Assembly (NCBI GenBank): GCA_977020255.1
Contig: CDROCS010001760.1
Coordinates: 1 to 64,000 of the forward strand
DNA from: Obrimoposthia wandeli
Taxonomy: Eukaryota
DNA length: 64,000 nt
Direction of reading: 5' to 3'
The notes under the pieces are model-generated. The model made no database searches. It saw nothing but the letters and a program-made list of their open reading frames with translations, and was not told the DNA's origin. Each line of letters begins with the position of its first letter. Positions within the stretch are counted from its first letter, which is position 1. A program made the position numbers and the translations under genes. This document shows positions 21,801 through 32,392 of the stretch, piece by piece.

Positions 21801-22556
21801 GTAGGAGTGCCATCAACACTCGTTCGTGGTGTTTTTACCCTAACAAACGAAGAAAATAGTACCAACGATTCTTTTAGCAAGTTAAACCTTGATGAATCTT
21901 GGCAGAGAGGACGCTTAGCACCAACGTTTGATATAGAGCAATTATCGCAACAACTTGCGCCTTGGTTAATGCCAGAAACAGACAACAAGATAATTGATAC
22001 CGTAGCTATACCATGGGTAGATAAATGTGAAGTGAGTGAAGATAACGGCACACTTGAAGTTGATAAAACCGATACTGAGCGTGAACCAGAAACAAGTATG
22101 GTAGATCTCGAACAGTCACTAGATTTTAGCCTAATGCTCGAACATTGTGGTGATAAGCAAAATGAGCATGATCAAGTGAATAAAGCGCGAGATGAAGCTT
22201 TTAACTTAGCCGTTTATGCTGAGAATCAAGGGACAGCCGATTTAGCTGCTTTTATGTTAGATGATTATATCGCCGATATTAAGGTTAACGTTTCAGGTTT
22301 AAATGCCGCATTGCAACAACAGGATGTTAACTTGGCTTTATCGCACTTAAAACTACTGATGACATTAGCAAAAATTATAGCAGCACAACCTTTGTTGAAT
22401 GAATGCTTAGCGCTGAAATACTTCCTTAATCAGAACATTAATCAGCGAGATGCCAAGAACGAGTTTTCGTCACAGCAAAAAGAACAATTGCAACAACAGT
22501 TAAATCATCTCACACTATGCCTAGAGCAATTAACTGAGTTTGCAGAATCGATATGA
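18879..22556 (+). CDS. Large membrane-anchored hybrid-sensor-like protein with degenerate kinase, receiver and Hpt domains
   Basis: Two TMs around a helical periplasmic region; C-terminal segments resemble HATPase, two REC folds and Hpt but lack canonical H, N, G and D residues. Confidence 0.55.
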   Translation: MDSTLPLHRQLSSRFLLLALSFILLCFLASVLYFQHEQDVAVLKYQQLPSIEKYNQRQLLLIKNDRLINEVLNSQYAAKFGDYYQTINEDLTKISALSRNNRQVLKQLTLQWQQQADNANSLSESYRRNIQLKDNVIIQLTLVADSLSNLVAAQALQQNDLYRQITQDKLTARITATKAKVLSHLVNNLNINREFHRAVIDSLVMFNQLDLHYDLINFDYIQQKTHHEITHWLASTTNILTKNSNENVLFEQITVLNDLLFSEQNTFEKWREQLHRANAFQAQLVTQKNQLMPLLDKALVVQSIKPSMLEREIVNLMERANIGLQAKHYIWLVAVIFALLAIIFISALISLHRRIKHFGAQSTAVVEEWVASGEVAGPVPALEIASIINSVEQLSRPEHSEADFRKQQQRHQIQIATMSRHSGHVFWQFPALSKQKQQQLRALLGSKLIYQHWRQYFSRVDVRAILSIAKQAKNNNSVEKIALVSLQGKAIVLTVEHLDGLWCGSLCNAEEYRRLEDSNTQLQQELKQQSQADKFATIASSDDLTLLISNAMQQRQMLSLAQGNEQIAYQQLSALMFWSEQQKTSAQLRCDDFVLSLSTVNITNEIDTALANIGLYQVLNNNAIYLNITGELNSPVTLESEFFQAMIKVICNTMLSDQQGVVLDVNVQALELSVTQQILRMSFQVNQPINTGKLSQVINALVAEDESSTQVNHASKHYLRDLQLMFDVSNKTAQQLETAESFAFELPLALAESATSSSPLRTINQAKAVKLTKSTLLVIATDKSNRERICQQFADSKVVVETMQDLLLFTRQFSVKRLTKNRLDVVILSPEVYLSDYDLITQHVASLPINIQPKIMVIQPFNCTTLQRTGLFSVSNFPWLAGELVENVAQLIKGSDNTNLLAAKETFTPYRFVPTQVEVLLAVAELRAHQDLLRVLSWFGLQVTVISQQETLERLWHSGRYLVVISEFLPFKVDVGVPSTLVRGVFTLTNEENSTNDSFSKLNLDESWQRGRLAPTFDIEQLSQQLAPWLMPETDNKIIDTVAIPWVDKCEVSEDNGTLEVDKTDTEREPETSMVDLEQSLDFSLMLEHCGDKQNEHDQVNKARDEAFNLAVYAENQGTADLAAFMLDDYIADIKVNVSGLNAALQQQDVNLALSHLKLLMTLAKIIAAQPLLNECLALKYFLNQNINQRDAKNEFSSQQKEQLQQQLNHLTLCLEQLTEFAESI

Positions 22557-22753
22557 GTGTTGAATATCAACCACCCCAAAGCAGTGTTGAAGAAGTCGCT
22601 AGTCCTTGTGTTCGTAATTGTTGTTTAAATGAACAGGACGTTTGCTTAGGCTGTTTCCGTCATATTGATGAAATTATGGCATGGCGAAAGCTAAATACTT
22701 TGGAAAAGAAAAACGTGCTAAATCAGTGTAAGCATCGCCAACTAGAAATTTAA
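22553..22753 (+). CDS. DUF1289 family small Cys-rich protein
   Basis: SPCVRNCCLNEQDVCLGCFRHIDEIMAW; 4-bp overlap with the upstream gene. Confidence 0.85.
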   Translation: MSVEYQPPQSSVEEVASPCVRNCCLNEQDVCLGCFRHIDEIMAWRKLNTLEKKNVLNQCKHRQLEI

Positions 22754-22767
22754 AAATAGGCTGGGCG

Positions 22768-22890
22768 AATACTAATATCATTAGTTAACTGATCATCCCT
22801 ACTCGTTAAAACAACCATGTACTATTTTATTTAATAATTAGAACAAGAGCTTATTAAAATAAATGGCTTGTATTTGGCTGTTTTATCTAG
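22768..22890 (+). repeat. Degenerate relic of MITE family B
   Basis: 22768-22812 matches 6088-6132 at 31/45 positions ungapped; TTGTATTT block at 22868 matches the right part of the 6088 element. Confidence 0.5.
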
Positions 22891-22967
22891 GTATGAACTA
22901 GTTAATTTAGTGCCTGGCGCTGATGTCATATAGTGTTTCACGATTATTTTTTGCAGCAAGGGTGAGC

Positions 22968-24113
22968 TTAAGCATCACGCGGCATGCCTTTTTCAACAGA
23001 GCGAATTAAGCGTGCGGTCAAACGTAAATTTTTATCTTTATCTAGCGCTTGTTGCTTCAATGCTTGTTGAGCTAATGCCCATTCAATATGTTCGGCAACC
23101 ATAGCTTCAGCATGTACTAGTTTTTCTGTTAACGCATCGATGTTCCTCGGTGAAAAATCAGCATTTCCTAAGGCAATTGAGATATTACGTTGCCAGCATT
23201 GAAAACCAATACGACGGATGGGCGAGCCTTCTGTTTTCGCTAAAAATGTGGCCTCATCCCAAGAAAATAAAGTGAGCAAAGTAATATTATCTAAGTTTTG
23301 TCTGGGCTTAAAGTCGTCTTCGCTGCCAAGTTTAGCAAACTTATTCCATGGGCAAATTAATTGGCAGTCATCACAACCATAGATTCTATTACCAATTAAC
23401 GGTCGAAATTCCACAGGAATAGTATCGCGTAGCTCTATCGTCAGGTAAGAAATACAACGTCTAGCATCAACTACATAAGGTTCCACTATCGCTTGTGTTG
23501 GGCAAATTTTGATACAAGCAACACAAGTTCCACAGTCATTTTCTGCCTTAGTGTCAGGAATTAAGGGCAAATCTACCAATAGTTCACCAAGAAAAAACCA
23601 AGAGCCTGCTTGCTTGTTAATGAGTAATGAATGCTTACCCACCCAACCTAAACCAGCCTTCTCTGCTAACGGTCGTTCAAGTATCGGCGCAGAATCAACA
23701 AAGGGGCGATAGTTAAAGTTTTCACAATGACCTTTAATATTTTCGCCTAACTGCTTAAGGCGTTTGCGCATTAACTTGTGGTAATCTCGACCTAATGCGT
23801 AACGACTGATATAAGCGTGATCTCTGTTTTTTAAAATTCGAGCGAATTTTGCGTCAGTAGGTAAGTAGTCCATACGGACACTAATAACATTAAGTGTGCC
23901 TTCTACTAGCTCTTTTGCCCGTGCTCGCATTAAGCCATGGCGAGCCATGTAATCCATGTTGCCGTGGTAGTTATTATCTAACCATCGAGTTAACGCTGCT
24001 TCATGCTCAGATAAGTCAACATCACTGATGCCGACTTGCGAAAAGCCGAGTTCTTGGCCCCAAAGCTTGATTTTTTCTGTTAAATCTTGATAGTTAATAG
24101 CAGGTGTAGTCAT
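22968..24113 (-). CDS. queG: Epoxyqueuosine reductase
   Basis: YISRYALGRDYH, VDSAPILER, CGTCVACIKICPT, DARRCISYLTIE, YGCDDCQLICPWN. Confidence 0.97.
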   Translation of the reverse strand: MTTPAINYQDLTEKIKLWGQELGFSQVGISDVDLSEHEAALTRWLDNNYHGNMDYMARHGLMRARAKELVEGTLNVISVRMDYLPTDAKFARILKNRDHAYISRYALGRDYHKLMRKRLKQLGENIKGHCENFNYRPFVDSAPILERPLAEKAGLGWVGKHSLLINKQAGSWFFLGELLVDLPLIPDTKAENDCGTCVACIKICPTQAIVEPYVVDARRCISYLTIELRDTIPVEFRPLIGNRIYGCDDCQLICPWNKFAKLGSEDDFKPRQNLDNITLLTLFSWDEATFLAKTEGSPIRRIGFQCWQRNISIALGNADFSPRNIDALTEKLVHAEAMVAEHIEWALAQQALKQQALDKDKNLRLTARLIRSVEKGMPRDA

Positions 24114-25677
24114 GATGGCCGAATATTCAAACGATAAGGTGGTATTGCAAGTGTCGACGAGTTTAACACATCAAGCTTACAAGGTTAATCAGCTGCAATG
24201 CTATGAAGCTGATGCAGCGCAATCGATAGGTATAAATTTATTGCAATTAATGCAACGAGCAGGCGCTGCGGTATTTCGTCAAATAGTACAACGTTACCCT
24301 AATACTGAGCAATTACTCATTGTTTGTGGCAAAGGTAATAATGGCGGTGATGGTTATGTTATTGCAACTTTAGCACATGAAATAGGGATAGCCGTGACCG
24401 TTGTTGTTAATGGCGCGCGTGAGGTCATTACCGGAGATGCTCAGCAAGCACTGCAACGACTTGAAGTGTTACCAATAAAAATTAATTTTTATAAAGAAGT
24501 AGCACAAGCACAAATTGCCGTTAAAAACTTTCAAGGTGAGCTGCTGGTTGATTGCTTATTTGGTATTGGTTTTAAGGGCTTATTATCTCCTGCTTTTGTG
24601 CAGTTAATTACTGAAATAAATGCGCAGAAATGTCCAATAGTTTCTGTAGATGTACCATCAGGGCTCAATGCTGACTTAGGCACAGTACCAAGTGTCGCGG
24701 TAAAGGCTGATTTAACCGTGACACTAATCGCTTATAAACAGGGACTATTAACCGGGCAAGCGGCTAATTATGTCGGAAACTTACAGCTTGAAACCTTAGG
24801 TGTGAATCAGGCATTTTCCCAGCTCACTACCGCAGCATGTTTTCGTCAAACTGAGCATAATTTACCTCCAGTTTTACCACGTCAACCTTGTAGTCACAAA
24901 GGTAATATCGGCATGTTGCTAGCCGTAGGTGGCTTCCATGCCTTTACCGGTGCTATCTGTTTAGCGGCAGAGTCTGCTTTACGTTCTGGGGCCGCATTGT
25001 TAAACGTCTGCTGTGATGAAAAATCCCGAAATGTACTGCTTACACGACGCCCTGAACTCATGGTAATCGCTAATTCGGCTGAAACATTAAAAGATTCAGA
25101 GGTAGCTGAAAAGGTAAAAGCCGTTATATTGGGTCCAGGCTTAGGACAAGAACTTTGGTCACATAACTTATTTGACCTAGTGATACAGTGGCCTCAACCA
25201 AAAGTTATCGATGCCGATGCATTGCGAATGCTAGCTGCAAAACCGATAAAGAATGAAAAATGGGTTTTAACGCCTCATCCTGGGGAAGCTGCCGCTCTCC
25301 TTGCTTGTTCGATCGCAGAGATTGAAGCTGATCGCTTTTCTGCGGTGAAGAAAATAGCGCAGAAGTACGGCGGTATATGTGTGTTAAAGGGCTCAGGTAC
25401 CTTGGTCTCTGATGGTGAAGTTATCTGGATAAATAGCACTGGTAATCCGGGTATGGCTTGTGGTGGCATGGGCGATGTACTCAGTGGTATTATTGGTGCC
25501 TTGATTTTACAAAGCCGTGATTTATTTACCGCTGCACGTGTAGGTGTCTATATTCATGGGCGCGCAGCTGATATTATTGCCAAAAGGAATGGCCAAATAG
25601 GCTTGCTAGCAAGCGACTTGTCGCCCGAAATTCAGCGGCTAATTAATGGCAATTACACCGAAGATAAGATACTTTAG
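24112..25677 (+). CDS. nnr: Bifunctional NAD(P)H-hydrate epimerase/dehydratase
   Basis: CGKGNNGGDG, VDVPSGL, HKGNIG, VIDADAL, LTPHPGEAA, GMGDVLSG. Confidence 0.95.
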   Translation: MMAEYSNDKVVLQVSTSLTHQAYKVNQLQCYEADAAQSIGINLLQLMQRAGAAVFRQIVQRYPNTEQLLIVCGKGNNGGDGYVIATLAHEIGIAVTVVVNGAREVITGDAQQALQRLEVLPIKINFYKEVAQAQIAVKNFQGELLVDCLFGIGFKGLLSPAFVQLITEINAQKCPIVSVDVPSGLNADLGTVPSVAVKADLTVTLIAYKQGLLTGQAANYVGNLQLETLGVNQAFSQLTTAACFRQTEHNLPPVLPRQPCSHKGNIGMLLAVGGFHAFTGAICLAAESALRSGAALLNVCCDEKSRNVLLTRRPELMVIANSAETLKDSEVAEKVKAVILGPGLGQELWSHNLFDLVIQWPQPKVIDADALRMLAAKPIKNEKWVLTPHPGEAAALLACSIAEIEADRFSAVKKIAQKYGGICVLKGSGTLVSDGEVIWINSTGNPGMACGGMGDVLSGIIGALILQSRDLFTAARVGVYIHGRAADIIAKRNGQIGLLASDLSPEIQRLINGNYTEDKIL

Positions 25678-25693
25678 AAGTAACAAGGATACG

Positions 25694-26176
25694 ATGAATA
25701 ATATTGTGACAAAACAAACCTTTATATTGATAGATGAATTGGCAACTATTGCCATGGGTAAACAATTAGCGAATATTGTAAAAACAGAATTGAAACAAGG
25801 GATTATTGTTTTTTTAAATGGTGATCTCGGAGCAGGGAAAACCACCTTAACACGTGGCTTTGTCCAAGGCATGGGGCATGTAGGGCATGTTAAAAGCCCA
25901 ACTTATACCTTGGTTGAACCCTATGATTTAGCTGATTGGCAAGTTTATCATTTCGATCTTTATCGCTTATCTGATCCTGAAGAGTTGGAATATATGGGGA
26001 TTCGAGATTACTTTAACAGCAATAGTTGCAGCTTTATCGAATGGCCTGAAAAAGGTCAAGGCATGCTACCTGAGCCAGATATGATTATAGATTTAGCTTA
26101 TCACGACGAAGAGCGTGAAATATCACTGCGAGCTGAGACTATTTTAGGCGAAAAAATCTTGGCATTGTTAGTTTAA
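25694..26176 (+). CDS. tsaE: tRNA threonylcarbamoyladenosine biosynthesis ATPase
   Basis: GDLGAGKTT, VKSPTYTLVEPY, HFDLYRL, IEWPE; start placed at ATG 25694 after AAGGA. Confidence 0.96.
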   Translation: MNNIVTKQTFILIDELATIAMGKQLANIVKTELKQGIIVFLNGDLGAGKTTLTRGFVQGMGHVGHVKSPTYTLVEPYDLADWQVYHFDLYRLSDPEELEYMGIRDYFNSNSCSFIEWPEKGQGMLPEPDMIIDLAYHDEEREISLRAETILGEKILALLV

Positions 26177-26334
26177 GAACGTCTTTAAAAGCTGTTTAAA
26201 GCAGCAAACTGTAGAGAAAGTTAGCGTGATATTTTAAAGCAAGAAACATCATAATATTAAAATAAACAGCAAAATAACAAATATAATAAGAAAAATAACA
26301 AATACAACAAGTTATTATAGAGGTAATAGATTCA

Positions 26335-27654
26335 ATGCGTTTAGCAAGCTTTACAAAAAAAATCTCGACGGCATTCATGCTTTGGTTGAGCTTAGCTACG
26401 ACTGTTTATGCAAGTAACAGTATTGACAGTGTCCGAATATGGCCTGCGCCTGAAAACACCCGCATTGTTTTTGATCTCAGTGAAAAAGCTGATTTCAAAT
26501 ATTTTTCATTAAACTCACCTCAGCGTTTAGTGATTGATTTTAAGGATAGCGTAAATAAAGCGTCATTGATGTCAGTGATCAACGATGACCGTCGTGTAAA
26601 AAAAATTCGTACCAGTACATCGAAAGAAAAAGGCAGTACACGCTTGGTATTAGAGTTGGCTGAAGACTATCGAGTGTCGGTATTTTCACTGGCACCCGCA
26701 GGGCAATATAGCGATAGGCTTGTTATCGATCTGTATGATAAAAACAGCCAACCAATAGAAATACATGATACCAGCAAAGATAAACGCGATATCGTGATTG
26801 CTATTGTCGCTGGGCATGGTGGAGAGGACCCAGGTTCAATCGGTTCAGCAGGTAGTTATGAAAAGCGTATCACCTTGAAAATAGCACAGAAGCTGGCTAA
26901 TTTAATTAATAAAAAACAAGGGTTGAAAGCGGTAATGATCCGCAGTGGTGACTACTATGTAGATCATAACCGTAAAACCGAGTTGGCTAGAAAGTCAAAA
27001 GCGGATCTATTAATTTCAATCCATGCCGATGCATTCACGTCATCAAAACCTAACGGTGCTTCAGTGCTTGTGCAAGCCACTGGGCGTGCAGACTCAGAAT
27101 TTACGCGTTGGATTGAAAATAGGGAAAAAAATTCTGAGTTGCTAGGCGGCGCAGGCGAAACGATTAGAAGTACTAAAGATAATAACCTCGCGATAGCGCT
27201 TGGCGATATGAAAAAAGAATACACCATGTCGAGCAGTTACGACTTTGCTGAACATGTCGTTAGACAGCTCAAAAAGGTGACAAAATTACACAAGCGTAAA
27301 CCGGAGCGTTTAAGTTTAGCGGTATTGAAATCTTCAGATATCCCGTCAGTGTTGATTGAAACGGGCTTTATCTCAAATCCGCAAGAAGAAAGGCGTTTAA
27401 ATGATGCCAAGCATCAACAGAAATTAGCTAAAGCTATATACATCGCGATTGATAATTATTTTGCCAGTAATCCACTAGATGGTACCTTGCTAGCAGCAAC
27501 ACGTGTGCGCGAGCACAAAATCAGTCGTGGCGAATCGCTTTCTGTTGTTGCACAACGCTACAAAGTTTCAGTGAGACAATTGAAATCAGCTAATAACCTG
27601 AAATCCAATGTTGTCAGAATTGGCCAAACACTAAAAATACCACAGGCAGATTAA
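26335..27654 (+). CDS. amiB: N-acetylmuramoyl-L-alanine amidase with AMIN and C-terminal LysM domains
   Basis: [32 protein letters not shown], Lys[11 protein letters not shown]. Confidence 0.92.
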   Translation: MRLASFTKKISTAFMLWLSLATTVYASNSIDSVRIWPAPENTRIVFDLSEKADFKYFSLNSPQRLVIDFKDSVNKASLMSVINDDRRVKKIRTSTSKEKGSTRLVLELAEDYRVSVFSLAPAGQYSDRLVIDLYDKNSQPIEIHDTSKDKRDIVIAIVAGHGGEDPGSIGSAGSYEKRITLKIAQKLANLINKKQGLKAVMIRSGDYYVDHNRKTELARKSKADLLISIHADAFTSSKPNGASVLVQATGRADSEFTRWIENREKNSELLGGAGETIRSTKDNNLAIALGDMKKEYTMSSSYDFAEHVVRQLKKVTKLHKRKPERLSLAVLKSSDIPSVLIETGFISNPQEERRLNDAKHQQKLAKAIYIAIDNYFASNPLDGTLLAATRVREHKISRGESLSVVAQRYKVSVRQLKSANNLKSNVVRIGQTLKIPQAD

Positions 27655-27661
27655 CCCGCGC

Positions 27662-29662
27662 ATGACCATTGCAATATTACCCGCTCGCCTCGCTAACCAA
27701 ATTGCCGCAGGTGAAGTGGTAGAACGCCCAGCTTCCGTTGTTAAAGAACTCGTAGAAAATAGTATTGATGCTGGCGCAACAACCATTAAAATTGATATTG
27801 AAAAGGGCGGCGCTAAACGTATTCGTATTAGCGACAACGGTAAAGGCATTGCGAAAGATGAATTAGCGTTAGCGCTGAGCCGGCATGCTACTAGTAAAAT
27901 TAAGGATCTTGATGATCTTGAAGCTATTAGCAGTTTGGGCTTTCGCGGCGAAGCATTAGCCAGTATCAGCTCTGTTGCTCGTTTAAGTTTAACGTCTAAA
28001 CCCGAACTGCAAGAATCGGCATGGCAAGCTTGTGCTGAAGGTCGTGATATGGCGGTATCGGTTAAACCAGCGGCTCACCCTAATGGTACTACTATTGATG
28101 TTTGCGATTTATTTTTTAATACTCCAGCAAGAAGAAAATTTTTACGCACTGAGAAAACTGAATTTGCGCACATTGAAGAAGTCGTTAAGCGCATTGCTTT
28201 AGCGCATTTTGATATTACCTTTGTGCTTACGCACAACCATAAAGTGATTAAACAGTTTCGTGTGGCTAATTCATCCATACAGCGAAGTAAACGTGTTGCA
28301 CAAGTTTGTGGGCAAAAATTTATTGATAATGCAGTCGAAGTTGACTGTGAACATGACGGTTTACATTTGCACGGATGGATTGCCCAGCCTAGCTATTATC
28401 GTAACCAAAATGACCTAAGTTACAGTTATGTAAATGAACGCATGATGCGCGATAAGTTAATTAATCATGCTATTCGCCAAGCGTATGCAGACTTGTTGCC
28501 GCGTGATAGTTACCCCGCATTTGTCTTATTTTTAAAACTCGATTTCCGTGAAGTAGATGTCAATGTGCATCCGGCTAAGCATGAAGTACGTTTTCATCAA
28601 GGCCGTTATGTACACGACTTTATTTACTCTGTGTGCAGTAAAGCCCTGCGAAGCGAGTTAGCACTTAACATCGATAGCAGCACCGGTGAAATTTTAATAC
28701 CAGCAAGTGATGAACAAACTCATCCACAATCAGGGTTACAGGCAGGCTTAACCACTGAATCTAGACCTGATCCACAAGCAGTAGACAACAGCTTCGTGAC
28801 ACCTTTGCGACAGACAACAGAACAAGCAGTAAATCCTAGTTTTGGCTCTGCAAGCAATATGAAAGAGTCTAGCTACGGGGAAAGAGAGAATAGATCTCAT
28901 GCTGCAACTGGATTTTCCGCTCAAGCTAATAGACAGTATTCTGGCGAAAGACATTCAGCAAAAGTTAATCCTCAAGCCAGTAAGGCTTATAGCGATTTAA
29001 TGACGCCGTTAGCACTTGATTCTCAGGTGGCCGAGTCATCTGTAGCAACAACGAATCATGTTTTATCAACACCGTTGTCTATCACGTCAGAGGAACCGGA
29101 AACCGCAAGCGATGAAACAAAAATACTGTACTGGCAAGCACCACATTATCTTGTATTTCAGCAACAACAAACATTACGTGTATTGTCCGTAAGAAAAATA
29201 GATCGGTTACTTAGGCTACAAACCATCAAACAGCGCTGGCATGAAAAACTGGTTAGTCAGCCATTATTGCTGCCAATAAAAGTGACGGTAAGTGAAAAAG
29301 TTGCTAATTTTGTGCAAATAAATACAAATCAATTTCAACATATTGGTATGGAAATTCGTCAGCTTGGTAGCACTAAACTACAAATTAGACAATTTCCCGC
29401 ATTATTGAGAAATAAAGATGTCGCTAATAGTTTTAATAGATTAATTAAACAGTTAGATGTCGAGAATCATAATGATGTACACTCAGAAATTGATTGGCAA
29501 ATAGCGTTAGCAGAACTAATGCTCAGTGAAGAAACTAGTCAAGCGCAAGCATTTCAGATTTGGCAAAATGCACAAAGTCACTTTAATTGTCAGTTTGAGC
29601 AGCAACTACGCTTGAATTCTGTAGTGGTAGACCTCACATCTTCTATAAATCAGTTGCAGTAA
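27662..29662 (+). CDS. mutL: DNA mismatch repair protein MutL
   Basis: [50 protein letters not shown]. Confidence 0.97.
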   Translation: MTIAILPARLANQIAAGEVVERPASVVKELVENSIDAGATTIKIDIEKGGAKRIRISDNGKGIAKDELALALSRHATSKIKDLDDLEAISSLGFRGEALASISSVARLSLTSKPELQESAWQACAEGRDMAVSVKPAAHPNGTTIDVCDLFFNTPARRKFLRTEKTEFAHIEEVVKRIALAHFDITFVLTHNHKVIKQFRVANSSIQRSKRVAQVCGQKFIDNAVEVDCEHDGLHLHGWIAQPSYYRNQNDLSYSYVNERMMRDKLINHAIRQAYADLLPRDSYPAFVLFLKLDFREVDVNVHPAKHEVRFHQGRYVHDFIYSVCSKALRSELALNIDSSTGEILIPASDEQTHPQSGLQAGLTTESRPDPQAVDNSFVTPLRQTTEQAVNPSFGSASNMKESSYGERENRSHAATGFSAQANRQYSGERHSAKVNPQASKAYSDLMTPLALDSQVAESSVATTNHVLSTPLSITSEEPETASDETKILYWQAPHYLVFQQQQTLRVLSVRKIDRLLRLQTIKQRWHEKLVSQPLLLPIKVTVSEKVANFVQINTNQFQHIGMEIRQLGSTKLQIRQFPALLRNKDVANSFNRLIKQLDVENHNDVHSEIDWQIALAELMLSEETSQAQAFQIWQNAQSHFNCQFEQQLRLNSVVVDLTSSINQLQ

Positions 29663-29674
29663 AAATTAGCCTTA

Positions 29675-30631
29675 ATGACTAACGTAGTAAGTAAACAAGA
29701 CATCGACGTGAAACAGCCACCCGTTATTTGTTTGATGGGGCCTACAGCGTCAGGAAAAACTGCGTTAGCGATGGCACTATACGACGCATTACCGTGCGAT
29801 ATTATTAGTGTTGATTCAGCACTCGTTTTTAAAGATATGGATATAGGTACCGCTAAACCGACAGCTGAGGAATTAGCGGCATATCCACATCAATTGATCA
29901 ATATTCGAGATGCCAGCGAAAGCTATTCTGCTGCCGACTTTTGCAAAGATGCGCTTAAAGCAATAGCAAAAAGTCGAGAAAATGGCCGCATACCTTTATT
30001 GGTCGGTGGCACTATGATGTATTTTAAAAGCTTAATTGATGGTATTTCACCATTACCTGAAGCAAATAAAGAGATTAGAAAGGCGATCGAACTTGAAGCC
30101 GCTGAAAAAGGCTGGCTGGCAATGCATGATCAATTGCAAAGTTTTGATCCCGTGTCAGCAGAGCGTATTCATCATAATGATCCGCAGCGAATTGCTCGAG
30201 CGATTGAAGTTTATCGTATCTCTGGTAATACTTTGACACAATTGACTGCAATAAAAGGTGATAGACTGAGCGGAAATGTTTTACAGTTTGCTATAGCACC
30301 GAAAGAACGCAGTGATTTACATGCACGTATCGAGTTACGCTTTAAGCAAATGATAGCGCAAAATTTTGAACAAGAAGTTATTGCGCTAAGAGCACGAGAA
30401 GACTTAAATCAAGATCTACCGTCAATACGTTGTGTTGGTTATCGACAAATGTGGCAGCATTTGCAAGGTGACTATGATCATGATGAAATGGTTTTTAAAG
30501 GTATTTGCGCGACGCGCCAATTGGCAAAGCGACAATTAACTTGGTTACGAAGTTGGCAAGATTTACAGTGGTTGCATATGGAAGATGAAAATAATTTACA
30601 AGTTATTTTATCGGCAGTAAGCAAACTTTAA
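29675..30631 (+). CDS. miaA: tRNA dimethylallyltransferase
   Basis: [41 protein letters not shown]. Confidence 0.97.
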   Translation: MTNVVSKQDIDVKQPPVICLMGPTASGKTALAMALYDALPCDIISVDSALVFKDMDIGTAKPTAEELAAYPHQLINIRDASESYSAADFCKDALKAIAKSRENGRIPLLVGGTMMYFKSLIDGISPLPEANKEIRKAIELEAAEKGWLAMHDQLQSFDPVSAERIHHNDPQRIARAIEVYRISGNTLTQLTAIKGDRLSGNVLQFAIAPKERSDLHARIELRFKQMIAQNFEQEVIALRAREDLNQDLPSIRCVGYRQMWQHLQGDYDHDEMVFKGICATRQLAKRQLTWLRSWQDLQWLHMEDENNLQVILSAVSKL

Positions 30632-30748
30632 ACATTGATGTATAATTAAAATAGTTGTGCATTAAGCGACTAGTTTTATTGAATAATTTCAATAAAAAAT
30701 TGAAGCAAATAATTTACTTTTACTAAAAATAACAAAAGGGGCCAAATA

Positions 30749-30997
30749 ATGGCAAAGGGGCAATCTTTACAAGACCCATTTTTGAATGCGTTACGTCGTG
30801 ATCGTATTCCGGTAGCAATATACTTAGTCAATGGCATCAAACTACAAGGGCAAGTAGAGTCGTTTGATCAATTTGTAATCTTATTAAAAAATACTGTTAG
30901 CCAAATGGTATATAAGCACGCTATTTCTACAGTAGTGCCAGCGCGAGCAGTTTCTACTATGCCTGCCCCACAAGCCAACCAGGATTCTGAAGATTAA
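30749..30997 (+). CDS. hfq: RNA chaperone Hfq
   Basis: [17 protein letters not shown]...[10 protein letters not shown]. Confidence 0.99.
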   Translation: MAKGQSLQDPFLNALRRDRIPVAIYLVNGIKLQGQVESFDQFVILLKNTVSQMVYKHAISTVVPARAVSTMPAPQANQDSED

Positions 30998-31030
30998 TGG
31001 AAAAAGCTAGTATTGTATGGAGTCGCTCAT

Positions 31031-32317
31031 TTGTTTGATAGATATCAAGCAGGTGAGCAGGCGATACTTGTCCATTTAGATTTCCCTGATGACAATACCC
31101 GCGAAGATCTGCAAGAGTTTGAAATGCTTGTGGACTCTGCTGGTATAACAGCGTTAAACACGGTTACGGGTAAACGCACTACTCCGCACACGAAATATTT
31201 TGTAGGTACAGGTAAAGCAGAAGAAATTGCTGATGCTGTACGTATGTTCGATGCGAATATTGTCTTATTCAATCACAGTTTATCTCCATCGCAGGAAAAA
31301 AATATTGAAGCTTTGTGTGAATGCAGAGTGGTTGATCGTACAACTTTAATTTTAGATATTTTTGCCCAACGTGCTAGAACTCACGAAGGTAAGTTACAGG
31401 TAGAGTTAGCACAGCTGCGCCACATGAGCACACGACTAATACGCGGTTGGACTCATTTAGAGCGCCAAAAAGGCGGCATTGGTTTGCGTGGGCCTGGCGA
31501 AACTCAGCTTGAAACAGATAGGCGATTATTACGTGAGCGTATGGTTAGCATTCGTAAGCGTTTAGCTAAAGTTGAAAAGCAACGACAGCAAGGCCGTCGA
31601 GCAAGAAATAGAGCTGAAATCCCAACGGTTTCCTTAGTCGGTTATACCAATGCCGGTAAATCAACCCTATTTAATAAAATAACACAGGCGGGTGTGTATG
31701 CAGCAGATCAACTGTTTGCTACCTTGGACCCGACCTTACGTAAAATTGAAGTCGATGAAGTTGGCCGTGTTATCCTTGCTGATACCGTCGGGTTTATTCG
31801 TCATTTACCCCATGATTTAGTTGCGGCATTTAAAGCGACGTTAACAGAAACAAGAGAAGCGGAATTGTTGCTTCATGTTATTGATATTTCTGACGAACGT
31901 CGCAATGAAAATGTTGAACAAGTAGAAGAAGTTTTACAAGAAATAGAAGCAGGCGATGTTCCACAATTACTTAGTTGTAATAAAATCGACCTACTAGATG
32001 ATGTTGAGCCGAGAATTGATCGTGACGATCAAGGGCTACCTATTCGTGTTTGGCTGTCAGCGCAGCAAGGCATTGGTATTGAGCTTTTATTTGAAGCACT
32101 TGCTGAACGTTTAGGTAAGCAAATCATCAAACATTTACTCTGTTTACCCCCTAGTGCGGGTAAACTTCGTGGTCAGCTTTATCATTTAAATTGCATTACT
32201 GATGAACGCTACGACGAGCAAGGTAACTGCTTATTAGCTATAAAGTTACCGGTGAGAGAATGGAATCAGTTACTAAAACAAGATGAAGCAGCAATAGAGC
32301 ACTTTATTCAAACTTAA
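31031..32317 (+). CDS. hflX: Ribosome rescue GTPase HflX
   Basis: DIFAQRARTHEGKLQVELAQL, GYTNAGKST, LFATLDPT, DTVGF; start placed at TTG 31031 after GGAG. Confidence 0.97.
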   Translation: MFDRYQAGEQAILVHLDFPDDNTREDLQEFEMLVDSAGITALNTVTGKRTTPHTKYFVGTGKAEEIADAVRMFDANIVLFNHSLSPSQEKNIEALCECRVVDRTTLILDIFAQRARTHEGKLQVELAQLRHMSTRLIRGWTHLERQKGGIGLRGPGETQLETDRRLLRERMVSIRKRLAKVEKQRQQGRRARNRAEIPTVSLVGYTNAGKSTLFNKITQAGVYAADQLFATLDPTLRKIEVDEVGRVILADTVGFIRHLPHDLVAAFKATLTETREAELLLHVIDISDERRNENVEQVEEVLQEIEAGDVPQLLSCNKIDLLDDVEPRIDRDDQGLPIRVWLSAQQGIGIELLFEALAERLGKQIIKHLLCLPPSAGKLRGQLYHLNCITDERYDEQGNCLLAIKLPVREWNQLLKQDEAAIEHFIQT

Positions 32318-32392
32318 CAGACTGATATATTAGACAGTGTTTTATCGTTTTTATAGCAGTTAGCGCATTAATTTTTTATAGCGGAGAGTACC

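Noticed and set aside
17924-22967. Expected tRNA-Gly cluster between orn and queG (as in E. coli)
   Set aside because: No cloverleaf or TTCGA/CCA pattern seen; protein genes occupy the interval.
24111-24114. Divergent queG and nnr start codons overlapping on CATG
   Set aside because: I recall the same arrangement in E. coli, so it is not novel.
29100-29662. MutL C-terminus lacking the DQHA(X)2E(X)4E endonuclease motif
   Set aside because: Expected for MutH-type gammaproteobacterial MutL.
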